NCBI GenBank assembly: GCA_049290235.1
Contig: JBATNG010000004.1
Location: forward strand, 1-60,387
Source: Candidatus Moraniibacteriota bacterium
GTDB lineage: Bacteria; Patescibacteriota; Minisyncoccia; Moranbacterales; UBA1568
Reading direction: 5' to 3'
DNA length: 60,387 nt
Each line of letters starts with the position of its first letter. Position 1 is the first letter of the stretch. A model generated the notes under the pieces. That model was not told where the DNA came from and did not search any database. It saw only the letters and a list, made by a program, of their open reading frames with translations. Below, piece after piece: positions 46,424-54,270 of the stretch. Made by a program: the position numbers and the translations under genes.

Positions 46424-47107
46424 CTATCGATGTGTCTCAAACTGTACCGGGAGACGAAAATTGGCGGTATTCTCTGGGAGACCTGAGGGATTGTCTTGCT
46501 CGAGGATGAGTGTCCCGGTCGCTGTCATCGGAAGAGCGAAGCTGAGTGTCGTCTCAAACGGAACAAATTCCGTTGTCATCCAATCGCTCTCAGCCTGGGC
46601 CGCTCCTGATGCCAGTATCCGACCATCGGCGTCTACCAACCGAACTGGGAAGGACGCTTCGAAAAACCAAGTACCGCGCGCGACGCCACGTACTGTGAGT
46701 GGACTCACGACTGCTGCATCAGGCTGGGGCGCGGCTACCCGGACGTCATCGGACAAGTCAGCCGAAACACTGGTGCCTTCCGTATAGGTCTGACTGTTGG
46801 CCGAACAGCGCCTCGGCGAGCTCTCCATCACCGGATTGCCGCGCGCCGCACAACTTTCGAAGTCGGTCACGGATGGATTTGACTGCTGCGGACACGGAGC
46901 GAATTCACAATTTGGTCCAGAGCGCCCGACCGCTGATCCATCCGGACACAGTCGTGCCTCCATGGTGCACATCACTTCTTTTTCTGGCAATCGATATCCG
47001 GAGTGGACGAAATTGAGCCGGAGAAATACAGCGACCGCACCGAGAAGCGCCATGAAACCGAACGCAACCCCGAGACCGACGATGAAACGAAAGACGTGTT
47101 GTTGCAT
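46424..47107 (-). CDS. Gmad2 immunoglobulin-like domain protein (TM-anchored)
   Basis: 227 aa: ...SPLTVRGVARGTWFFEASFPVRLVDADGRILA...ESDWMTTEFVPFE. Confidence 0.75.
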   Translation of the reverse strand: MQQHVFRFIVGLGVAFGFMALLGAVAVFLRLNFVHSGYRLPEKEVMCTMEARLCPDGSAVGRSGPNCEFAPCPQQSNPSVTDFESCAARGNPVMESSPRRCSANSQTYTEGTSVSADLSDDVRVAAPQPDAAVVSPLTVRGVARGTWFFEASFPVRLVDADGRILASGAAQAESDWMTTEFVPFETTLSFALPMTATGTLILEQDNPSGLPENTANFRLPVQFETHR

Positions 47108-47118
47108 AGCTATGAACG

Positions 47119-48312
47119 TTAGAATCCAACCCCAGTACCAGTATTCATCGGTGAGACAACGGGCGCACCCGGGACGAGCAACTGGGCACTCACTGTATCG
47201 CAGCTGTGGCCCGCACCGTGCTCATACCAGGTACCATTCGCTCCATAGCCCTTTCGGGGAGCGGCCGGATCGGTCGTCAGTGCAAAGGTCGCACACAGTT
47301 CGAATTCGCCGACTCGGCCCGCACCCTGTGCCTTCGACGGAGTGACGATGCGGTATTCGTATGGCATACCATTTTCCGGGTCTGTCGTGTACGCATCGCA
47401 ATAGTTGTACTGGCTCGAACGTGTCAGCTCAGTGAGCGATGTCGGCAACGCACCGAGACTCGTGGCATATTGCTCGACACAACTTGCCAGGCCCGAGAGA
47501 TGTTCCGCGCGTGTCGCGTCGAAAGAGCGATTGCGTTCGGTCACAGGCGAACCACCCAGCCAGAAACCGATGATCACTCCGATGAGGACCACCCCTGTGA
47601 CTCCCCGCCCGATGAGTTGAAATGTCCGCCGTGGAATATCAGCATGATACTGGATTCGCCGCCGTTCGAGATAGTAGAAGCCGAAGATGGCCCCCGCGAT
47701 ACCGAATATCGTCAGAGCCTTCAGAAAGAAGCGCACCGTGATCTCGCCTTGCAGGAGCGTGTACACGGTCGCGATGAGATCGCCGACCACCGTCACCGCC
47801 GCAACGAGCAAGACGAGATACGTCAGCCACTTCGACAATTTCGATTCGGTCCGGCCCTCGTCCTCACGGAACTTGCGGAACCAAAGCCGCAGCGCGAAGT
47901 AATACAATGGGAAGCCGATGAGGAGCGCGGCGATCGAATAATGGATCGCGCTCGTCGCTGCCGAATAGCTGTACCAGATCGTCGTATCGAGCGCATCCGG
48001 GAACGACACATTGATGATCTGGAAATACAATGTGCCGAGAGCCGTCGCGACGATGCCGAGCAGGATAAACGAAAAGAAATTAATCACCACATCGACTGTG
48101 GACGCCTGCTTCGAGGTAGTCGGCCGATTGCCTTCGCTCGGAACGGGAGCGCCGAGCGCGATGACACCAAAGCGGAAAGCTGCCTCTGCCTCGTCTTCGG
48201 TCCAGCCGATCGTCACGAGTTCTGATTTTACTTCATCTTTCCCGACGCCCGAGCGGATGCGGTCGGCCACATACTGGGACAATTTTTCGGTCTCCATACA
48301 TTGAGTTAACAC
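47119..48312 (-). CDS. DUF5671-domain multi-pass membrane protein
   Basis: 397 aa with an N-terminal ...VKSELVTIGWTEDEAEAAF module and six TM helices. Confidence 0.65.
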   Translation of the reverse strand: MLTQCMETEKLSQYVADRIRSGVGKDEVKSELVTIGWTEDEAEAAFRFGVIALGAPVPSEGNRPTTSKQASTVDVVINFFSFILLGIVATALGTLYFQIINVSFPDALDTTIWYSYSAATSAIHYSIAALLIGFPLYYFALRLWFRKFREDEGRTESKLSKWLTYLVLLVAAVTVVGDLIATVYTLLQGEITVRFFLKALTIFGIAGAIFGFYYLERRRIQYHADIPRRTFQLIGRGVTGVVLIGVIIGFWLGGSPVTERNRSFDATRAEHLSGLASCVEQYATSLGALPTSLTELTRSSQYNYCDAYTTDPENGMPYEYRIVTPSKAQGAGRVGEFELCATFALTTDPAAPRKGYGANGTWYEHGAGHSCDTVSAQLLVPGAPVVSPMNTGTGVGF

Positions 48313-48362
48313 TTATACTCCGAGTATACCACCACACCATGCATCGATGTGGTAGCTGCCCG

Positions 48363-48680
48363 CTAGCGGAGGGTGTCGAGAAGCCAGGCCAGTACTCTGA
48401 GCGTAGCGATATTCTGGATGATGGTGAGTGGGACACCGAGGAGAAAATACCAGGTCTGCGTTTTGTGTCGGAATACGAACATCCCTACCAAAACTCCCAC
48501 ACTCCCGAAAGTGATGGCTATGAAAAAAAGCAATCCCTCTGGGATCCGTTCCGCCCCGCTCTGCCGCGATCGCTGCTTGTCCCAGCCCATGATGAGAAAC
48601 GCCGCCACATTTATCGCGAGGAAGACCGCTAGGAGGAGAGTATCCGGAGAAAGCATATGATTCTGTTGATATGTTAGCAT
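48363..48680 (-). CDS. DUF1294-family membrane protein
   Basis: 105 aa: MGWDKQRSRQSGAERIPEGLL...FRHKT. Confidence 0.8.
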   Translation of the reverse strand: MLTYQQNHMLSPDTLLLAVFLAINVAAFLIMGWDKQRSRQSGAERIPEGLLFFIAITFGSVGVLVGMFVFRHKTQTWYFLLGVPLTIIQNIATLRVLAWLLDTLR

Positions 48681-48713
48681 TCCCAGAACTCAGAGTCGGC
48701 ACGCTTCCATATT

Positions 48714-49262
48714 CTAATCCAAATCGAACTGACGTTCCCGCGAGTATCGACAACCGCAATACGTCTGACGATAGATACCGCGTTCGGCCACCATTTGTCT
48801 TGCTTTGGCTTCACGGCCCTGCTTCTTCCAATCCGCCACATGATACGCGACACCAGCAGTCTCTCCTGCCGCAACCCCGAGCGGTGTCACCATATCGGCA
48901 CGTTTCCGTCGGCCCATGGTGAGTGTCGTCCCGAACTGCTCTATCCCCCGTGCGTGTGCCTCCTCGGCGGTCCGCTGCAGCCGAAGTCCGATGCACGACT
49001 GACAACGCAATCCTCCCTCGGGTGCCGTTTCGCGCCCCCGGATGGCTGCGGCCCACACCGCTGGTTCATAGTCCCCGTCAATCATCGGCACCTGCCACTC
49101 CTCGCAGACTCGGACGACTTCACGTTTGCGCCGCTGATATTCCTCCTCGGGATCAATGTTGGGGTTGTAGAAAAAAACCGTGAGCGCATAGGCCGCGCGT
49201 AGTTCATCGATAACGGCGATGCCACACGGCGCACAGCAGCAACGCAGAAGAAAAGATGACAT
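48714..49262 (-). CDS. queH: Epoxyqueuosine reductase QueH
   Basis: Starts at MSSFLLRCCCAPCG; contains FFYNPNI, CQSC and YRQTYCGC. The track ORF extends to 49355. Confidence 0.88.
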   Translation of the reverse strand: MSSFLLRCCCAPCGIAVIDELRAAYALTVFFYNPNIDPEEEYQRRKREVVRVCEEWQVPMIDGDYEPAVWAAAIRGRETAPEGGLRCQSCIGLRLQRTAEEAHARGIEQFGTTLTMGRRKRADMVTPLGVAAGETAGVAYHVADWKKQGREAKARQMVAERGIYRQTYCGCRYSRERQFDLD

Positions 49263-49281
49263 GGTCCGTTTCGATACACTG

Positions 49282-50415
49282 TCAGGCGCGCGTACCGACC
49301 GCTTCGCTGACGGACGCATACCCGTCACGCTTGAGCAATGCGACGATACCGGCATTGATCGCCCCGATTTCCTGCGGTCCCATATAAATCATCCCTGTGA
49401 TCATTTGAACGAGCGAAGCACCATAGAGGATCTTCATATATGCGTCTTCGGCCGAAAAGACACCGCCCACACCAATCAGGATAAAACGATCATGATAGTG
49501 GCGATAGACATAGCGGAGGAGTGCATTCGACCGTGCCTGAGTCGGCTTGCCACTGAAGTTTCCCACACCGGCGCGCGCAATCTCTTCTGGATGAAAGGCG
49601 GGATTCAACCGGTCCTTGGCGAGATTGGACAGGATGAGTCCGGTGACGAAATCAAACGGCCGAGCCGCATCGAGTAGCAAACGCATCTCGTCCTCGCTTC
49701 GCTCGAGCGGCAGTTTGATGAACACCGGGCGGCGCAACCCGAGGGTCTGCAAGCGCGTCAATAGCTGTGTCAGTCCTGATGGCGAGGCTAGCTGCTCTTT
49801 CAAATTTTCCAAATTAAGGAGATTGGGGCAGCTGATATTCAATTCGTAATAATCAAAGAGCAAACAGCGTTCCGCGGCTTGGAAGCCAGAGACAACATCC
49901 TCGATCATCGCCTCGAAATCCGCGTAGACCTGATTCGTCGAACCGATACTCACCCCCCGGATTGCCCCGAGTGGCGGCGCCGTCTGGAGCCTTGCAAGCG
50001 TCGTTACAACACCGTCATTCTTGAAGCCTTTGTTCACGAGCAGCGAGCGTGATTTCGGCAAGCGCTGCATCATCGGTCGCGGATTGCCAGCATAGGATCC
50101 GTTCGTCAGTGTCCCGATCGAGTGGAAACCAAAGCCGAGACTCGGGAGTACATTGACCAAGTCCGCTCGATAGTCGAAACCCGCCGACAGTCCGATCGGG
50201 TTCCGGAACCGGAGCCCCACCACGGTCTGCTCGAGCATCGAATCATCATAGCGCCACATGGCCGCGAACAGCCAGCGCATGAGACGACAGCCACCGAGCA
50301 CCTTGCCAAATGACAAGAACAGCTCGTGGATATCATCGGGCGGATAATGAAACAATATCGGCTTCACCACATGTCGATACTTCCAGCCCGAAATGTTGGA
50401 GATGAGTTTATTCAT
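49282..50415 (-). CDS. pyrD: Dihydroorotate dehydrogenase (quinone-type)
   Basis: GLSAGFD, NKGFKNDG, SIGSTN, IGVGGV. The start at MNKLISN (50415) lies downstream of a TTGAAA-N16-TAAAAT promoter that sits inside the longer track ORF. Confidence 0.88.
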   Translation of the reverse strand: MNKLISNISGWKYRHVVKPILFHYPPDDIHELFLSFGKVLGGCRLMRWLFAAMWRYDDSMLEQTVVGLRFRNPIGLSAGFDYRADLVNVLPSLGFGFHSIGTLTNGSYAGNPRPMMQRLPKSRSLLVNKGFKNDGVVTTLARLQTAPPLGAIRGVSIGSTNQVYADFEAMIEDVVSGFQAAERCLLFDYYELNISCPNLLNLENLKEQLASPSGLTQLLTRLQTLGLRRPVFIKLPLERSEDEMRLLLDAARPFDFVTGLILSNLAKDRLNPAFHPEEIARAGVGNFSGKPTQARSNALLRYVYRHYHDRFILIGVGGVFSAEDAYMKILYGASLVQMITGMIYMGPQEIGAINAGIVALLKRDGYASVSEAVGTRA

Positions 50416-50426
50416 ATGCCTCTCGT

Positions 50427-50454
50427 ATTTTACCACTCCTGATGGCCGTTTCAA
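50427..50454 (-). promoter_or_regulatory. Candidate promoter of pyrD
   Basis: Minus strand: TTGAAA (50454-50449), 16 nt, TAAAAT (50432-50427). Confidence 0.5.
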
Positions 50455-50528
50455 TGCATACAAACGTCGGGAGAGCACAGAACCGCCGCTCTGAGCACGC
50501 GGCTGAGTCGTCATACTTTCCGCCACTG

Positions 50529-50557
50529 TTGACCGTCCCCCGGCGAAATACTATAAA
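50529..50557 (+). promoter_or_regulatory. Candidate promoter of cassette 1
   Basis: TTGACC, 17 nt, TATAAA. The same TTGACCGTyCCC box is repeated at 50978. Confidence 0.6.
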
Positions 50558-50593
50558 CCAAGCAGTTCCCGATAACCGTGAAGGAGGCAGGAT

Positions 50594-50905
50594 ATGTTAC
50601 TCGTACTGGAATACATCGAAGGGATACTGTCGGTGGAGAAAGGTTCCTCATGCTGGCGCGCCCGACCCAGACACGCTGATCAAACACCCCGGTACCCAGC
50701 TGATGAGAATGTCGTACGGCTTGCCTGGGAACATTTCGGTGGCAATTGCCGCATCCATCAGGTCTCAGGACAGGGTGCTTGGACAAATCAACTTGTCCTC
50801 ATCCTCCCGACCGGCACCCGACCGAGGCCACGCCAAGCCTTCATCCATGAGCTGGGGACTCGCACATCGCTCGCTCCGACATCGGACACGAGCCTCCCTG
50901 CCTGA
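50594..50905 (+). CDS. Hypothetical protein, tandem paralog 1 (103 aa)
   Basis: AAGGAGGCAG-gat-ATG. It shares M.LV...I.GI.S...G.S.W...P, FG, G.W.N and the (I/L)PTGT core with paralog 2. Confidence 0.6.
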   Translation: MLLVLEYIEGILSVEKGSSCWRARPRHADQTPRYPADENVVRLAWEHFGGNCRIHQVSGQGAWTNQLVLILPTGTRPRPRQAFIHELGTRTSLAPTSDTSLPA

Positions 50906-50927
50906 TCAACCTATCGGCTCCCCTTTT

Positions 50928-50966
50928 CCGCTCGTCGCCTTGTGTGCCGAGCGGATCCCTTTTTCT
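50928..50966 (+). terminator. Intrinsic terminator of cassette 1
   Basis: CCGCUCG-13 nt-CGAGCGG followed by AUCCCUUUUUCUCUC. Confidence 0.65.
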
Positions 50967-50977
50967 CTCGTATCTGA

Positions 50978-51006
50978 TTGACCGTTCCCAGCCCGCATGC
51001 TAAGAA
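50978..51006 (+). promoter_or_regulatory. Candidate promoter of cassette 2
   Basis: TTGACC, 17 nt, TAAGAA (a weaker -10). Confidence 0.45.
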
Positions 51007-51042
51007 AGAGGCAGTTCCCGTCAACCGTAGAGGAGGCAGCAC

Positions 51043-51345
51043 ATGCAGCTCGTAATGAAACAGATTCAGGGGATATTCTCCCGAACAACTGGGTGGTCCA
51101 AATGGGAGATTAAGCCGAAAGAGCCAATCAAGAATCAAAGAGTGATATTCCCATCCCACAAAGAAATCGTGGCGATCGCCGACATTGTCTTCGGGCCAGG
51201 CGCACGATGCTCAGTGCACAAGCACTCGGAGAAGGGACATTGGAAAAATACTATCATCCTGGATATCCCGACAGGGACGTCACAACAGGAGCGTCGGCTA
51301 TACGTCGAGAAACTCGGACCGCTCACCGCCGTCCGCCCCGAATGA
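51043..51345 (+). CDS. Hypothetical protein, tandem paralog 2 (100 aa)
   Basis: GAGGAGGCAG-cac-ATG: MQLVMKQIQGIFS...GHWKNTIILDIPTGT... Confidence 0.65.
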   Translation: MQLVMKQIQGIFSRTTGWSKWEIKPKEPIKNQRVIFPSHKEIVAIADIVFGPGARCSVHKHSEKGHWKNTIILDIPTGTSQQERRLYVEKLGPLTAVRPE

Positions 51346-51366
51346 TCAACGATCAGCTCCCCCTTT

Positions 51367-51405
51367 CCCGCTCGTCGCCTTGCGCGCCTAGCGGTCGTCT
51401 TTATC
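51367..51405 (+). terminator. Probable terminator of cassette 2 (weaker copy)
   Basis: CCGCU...AGCGG stem followed by UCGUCUUUAUC. The sequence is homologous to the cassette-1 terminator. Confidence 0.45.
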
Positions 51406-51435
51406 TGACAGAGAATGCTCTAGACGCATGAGCGA

Positions 51436-51912
51436 CTATTCGGTCGTCACTCCGTCGAACTCAGGGGCGTCAGCCTCAGCTTCGGCCTTCGTCGCACGGA
51501 CTACTGCTCCCCGGTGATGCGGCGGGGCATAGATGGTGTAGAGTCGGAGCGGGTCGGTATCGGATGTATTGATGACATTGTGTCGTGCGCCCATCGGGAT
51601 GATGACCGCGTCGCCGTCGCCGACCTCGTACTCCGTCTCATCCACGATAACCTTGCCCATCCCCTCCTCAAAGCGAAAGAACTGGTCCCCTTCCGTATGC
51701 GTCTCCAGGCCGATCTCTTCGCCCGGCAGGAGCGACATGAGGACGAGCTGGCAATCCTTCGCGGTATACAGTACCTGCCGGAAATTTGTATTCGCGAGCG
51801 TCAATTCTTCCAAGTTCCCCTTGAATCCATTTTTCATAGGTTCGATGCTATTGATTACGCCCTCAGTATACACCCGAGGGTAAACTGCCTGCCTCCAAAC
51901 GAAAACCGGCAC
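51436..51912 (-). CDS. Cupin-domain protein
   Basis: GLETHTEGDQFFRFEEG.G....E.E...GDAVIIPMGARHNVIN. The start may be the internal MKNGF (51837). Confidence 0.8.
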   Translation of the reverse strand: MPVFVWRQAVYPRVYTEGVINSIEPMKNGFKGNLEELTLANTNFRQVLYTAKDCQLVLMSLLPGEEIGLETHTEGDQFFRFEEGMGKVIVDETEYEVGDGDAVIIPMGARHNVINTSDTDPLRLYTIYAPPHHRGAVVRATKAEAEADAPEFDGVTTE

Positions 51913-51934
51913 CTTTCCCTGTACCGGATTGGAC

Positions 51935-51963
51935 TTGCATCATTTTTCGGCATGCTATATATT
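51935..51963 (+). promoter_or_regulatory. Candidate promoter of the TetR-fasciclin operon
   Basis: TTGCAT, 17 nt, TATATT. Confidence 0.55.
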
Positions 51964-51968
51964 TGTTA

Positions 51969-51984
51969 TAGAACATTCGTTCTA
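51969..51984. promoter_or_regulatory. Palindromic operator candidate (TAGAAC-ATTC-GTTCTA)
   Basis: Perfect 6-4-6 inverted repeat between the -10 and the ATG of the TetR gene; its last base is the A of the ATG. Confidence 0.55.
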
Positions 51985-52610
51985 TGAAAAGAAACACATC
52001 GAAGACAACTCGTTCCAAGATCATCCGGGCCGTGAGATCAATCATCGCGCGCGACGGTGCCGAAGGCGTCTCGATGCGCACGCTCGGACGGCGGATCGGT
52101 ATCACTCAGTCCGTCCTCTACTATTATTTCCCGGACAAGGACCAGCTGCTCCGTGCCATGTTCGATGAGACGAATATCCTCCTCGGCAAGAAGCGCCGAG
52201 CACTGCCAGCGCTCCGAAGTTTCCCCCGCCTGCTCGAGCAGCGCATCGGTTTCCAGTTCGATCAAGGCGAGGCAGTCACGGCCGTCCTGAAATACTATCT
52301 GCATGCCCGGCGCACTTTCCCCCACCGCAAGGAGGGTGGCTATGTGCCGGAGAAAGCGGCACTCCATATCGAGGAGGTACTAGCCATCGGTAAGAGAAAC
52401 GGTGTCCTCCTCCCCGTCATCGACATCGCCGAGAACGCTAAGGTGATCGCCCATGCCATCAACGGCTTCGTCATGGAGTACTATCCGCTGGCCCCCAAGG
52501 GCACCGAGCGCACGCACCTCATCCGCTCAATCGCTGGTCTCATCTATCCCGCGCTCACCGGTAAACGTTTCCCTGATCCAGCAAGAAAGAAAGGGGGTGA
52601 TCAGATATGA
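51984..52610 (+). CDS. TetR/AcrR-family transcriptional regulator
   Basis: 208 aa with an N-terminal HTH (..[32 protein letters not shown]). Confidence 0.9.
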   Translation: MKRNTSKTTRSKIIRAVRSIIARDGAEGVSMRTLGRRIGITQSVLYYYFPDKDQLLRAMFDETNILLGKKRRALPALRSFPRLLEQRIGFQFDQGEAVTAVLKYYLHARRTFPHRKEGGYVPEKAALHIEEVLAIGKRNGVLLPVIDIAENAKVIAHAINGFVMEYYPLAPKGTERTHLIRSIAGLIYPALTGKRFPDPARKKGGDQI

Positions 52611-53182
52611 AACCCCTCATTATCGCCCTCGTTGTCGTCGTCACCGGCGCTGCGATCTGGATACTCACCTCATCGTCCCAACCGAATTCGGAAGAGACTA
52701 TGAAGAAAACTGAGACCAAGCCCGCTCCAGAGACCGCCAAGACCGACTCGATGGAGAAGAAGGAGATGACTGAGAAGAAGACCGGTACCATCGTCGATGT
52801 CGCTGTCGCCAACGGCAGCTTCAAGACCCTCGTGGCAGCCGTCCAGGCAGCCGGACTCGCCGAGACCCTCTCGGGCACCGGCCCGTTCACCGTCTTTGCT
52901 CCGACCGACGCCGCCTTTGCCAAGCTTCCCGCTGGCACTGTCGAGTCCCTCCTTAAAGACAAGGAGAAGCTGAAGGCTATCCTCACCTATCATGTGGTGA
53001 GCGGCAAAGTGATGTCGACCGACGTGGTCAAGCTCACCTCTGCCAAGACCGTCAACGGCCAGAACGTTACCATCGATGCCAAGAACGGCGTCAAGGTCAA
53101 CAACGCGACTGTCGTCACGGCGGATGTCCCGGCGTCGAACGGCGTCATCCACGTCATCGACACAGTTCTCCTCCCGAAATAG
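52607..53182 (+). CDS. Fasciclin (FAS1) domain protein with an N-terminal TM/signal anchor
   Basis: [30 protein letters not shown]......L........L.YHVV.G and [13 protein letters not shown]. Its ATGA overlaps the TetR stop. Confidence 0.9.
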   Translation: MKPLIIALVVVVTGAAIWILTSSSQPNSEETMKKTETKPAPETAKTDSMEKKEMTEKKTGTIVDVAVANGSFKTLVAAVQAAGLAETLSGTGPFTVFAPTDAAFAKLPAGTVESLLKDKEKLKAILTYHVVSGKVMSTDVVKLTSAKTVNGQNVTIDAKNGVKVNNATVVTADVPASNGVIHVIDTVLLPK

Positions 53183-53684
53183 TATGTCGTCCGCAATATG
53201 AACCGGGGGTAGCGCTGCCCCTGGTTCTTATATTGCCGTCACACCAAGCAGCCGCATTTTTAGTAGACCCATGGGATGAGCTGCTTCGTCCGAGCCATAT
53301 AAGACGCGTAGCCGGGAAACGTTCGGCGAGCACGCGTTCCTCGCACCCGAGCTTCACACGAAGATCGATAGCGAGTGCGAGCCAGAGCGCGGCTGAAACT
53401 CCATCCGGCTGATCGAGGGCGAAGCCGAGCATCACCAGGAGAACGGCGGTGTACATCGGGTGTCGAACAAAGTCATACGGCCCGCTGGTGTAGAGCGTCT
53501 GATCATCACGCACCTCGAGCAACACATTGAACCGAAACCGCATCGTCACGACCGCGGTAACTCCGATGAAAATACCGACTCTGACGAACGCATTCGCAAA
53601 TGCACCACCCCAAATTCCCCCGTACCAGGCAAGCAGACCGATGAGCGCGAATTGTATCCCAACGAGAAGGGAGGAGTGGAACAT
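53154..53684 (-). CDS. ICMT/PEMT-family membrane methyltransferase, apparent frameshift near 53315
   Basis: [23 protein letters not shown] is the family core. The canonical C-terminus ([19 protein letters not shown], stop at 53260) is in another frame from about 53315 onward. Confidence 0.7.
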   Translation of the reverse strand: MFHSSLLVGIQFALIGLLAWYGGIWGGAFANAFVRVGIFIGVTAVVTMRFRFNVLLEVRDDQTLYTSGPYDFVRHPMYTAVLLVMLGFALDQPDGVSAALWLALAIDLRVKLGCEERVLAERFPATRLIWLGRSSSSHGSTKNAAAWCDGNIRTRGSATPGSYCGRHTISGGELCR

Positions 53685-53808
53685 AGATCACCAGCGAGGG
53701 GTGCCAAAGCGCTTTTCCACGTACAGGATCTGCCAGCATTTCCGTCCCAAGATGAAGCCAAAGGCGACGAAAGCAAAAGACCTCGCCCCCGACACCGTGA
53801 AAGAGCCG

Positions 53809-53955
53809 CTAGTGTTGCCAGAGATAATTGTCCGCCATCTCGTCCGGGTCAGCCATGATGATCGCGAGGGTCGGGATTTCTACCGCTGCATGCACCAGCA
53901 GACTGACGAGGAATCCCAGAAACATGAACGCTGCGATGTAAAAATAGCGCTTCAT
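53809..53955 (-). CDS. Small single-TM protein (48 aa)
   Basis: MKRYFYIAAFMFLGFLVSLLVHAAVEIP... Only the C-terminal third of the 134-aa track ORF looks protein-like. Its ATG overlaps the stop of the upstream micro-ORF (ATGA). Confidence 0.5.
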   Translation of the reverse strand: MKRYFYIAAFMFLGFLVSLLVHAAVEIPTLAIIMADPDEMADNYLWQH

Positions 53956-54086
53956 TGTGATTTCTTTTCTCCGGTCTCGCGATAGCGACCCGGCCAGCAC
54001 ACCGGACAGGTCGGCTGCTGGGGCGACCGCTGAAACGCATGGCCTCGGCAGTAGGTCTTCGTCTTTTTCTCGCTCACCTTTTTCAT
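53952..54086 (-). CDS. Zinc-ribbon-like micro-protein (44 aa), not in the ORF track
   Basis: MKKVSEKKTKTYCRGHAFQRSPQQPTCPVCWPGRYRETGEKKSQ; CxxH...CxxC spacing; translationally coupled to the 48-aa TM ORF. Confidence 0.45.
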   Translation of the reverse strand: MKKVSEKKTKTYCRGHAFQRSPQQPTCPVCWPGRYRETGEKKSQ

Positions 54087-54106
54087 AGGACGTGCAAGCA
54101 TTATTT

Positions 54107-54270
54107 AGAGCCTCTCCCCATAGGAACATACCGACTGCGCGACAGGCTCTTCGGCGTAAACGCGCGAACCCCCTTGGCACCCTATCTCTCGATAGGGTTC
54201 CGCAGGGTTTCACTCCTTTTCACTCGAAGCTCACGTCGCTCGTGACGGAGACCCTATGGGGAGAGGCTCT
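54107..54270. repeat. 164-nt element bounded by perfect 18-bp inverted repeats
   Basis: AGAGCCTCTCCCCATAGG (54107-54124) and CCTATGGGGAGAGGCTCT (54253-54270). The interior holds a 7-bp hairpin CCCTATC-nnnn-GATAGGG (a GAGA loop on the minus strand) and further stems. Confidence 0.8.

Noticed and set aside
54193-54270. Plus-strand TAGGGTTCCG ... ACGGAGACCCTATGGGGAGAGG resembles parts of the guanidine-I (ykkC) riboswitch consensus as I remember it.
   Set aside because: The central GGUCCGAGAG box is missing. On the plus strand, the element would face into the antisense of the DUF2238 gene with nothing to regulate. The GNRA loop favours the minus strand.
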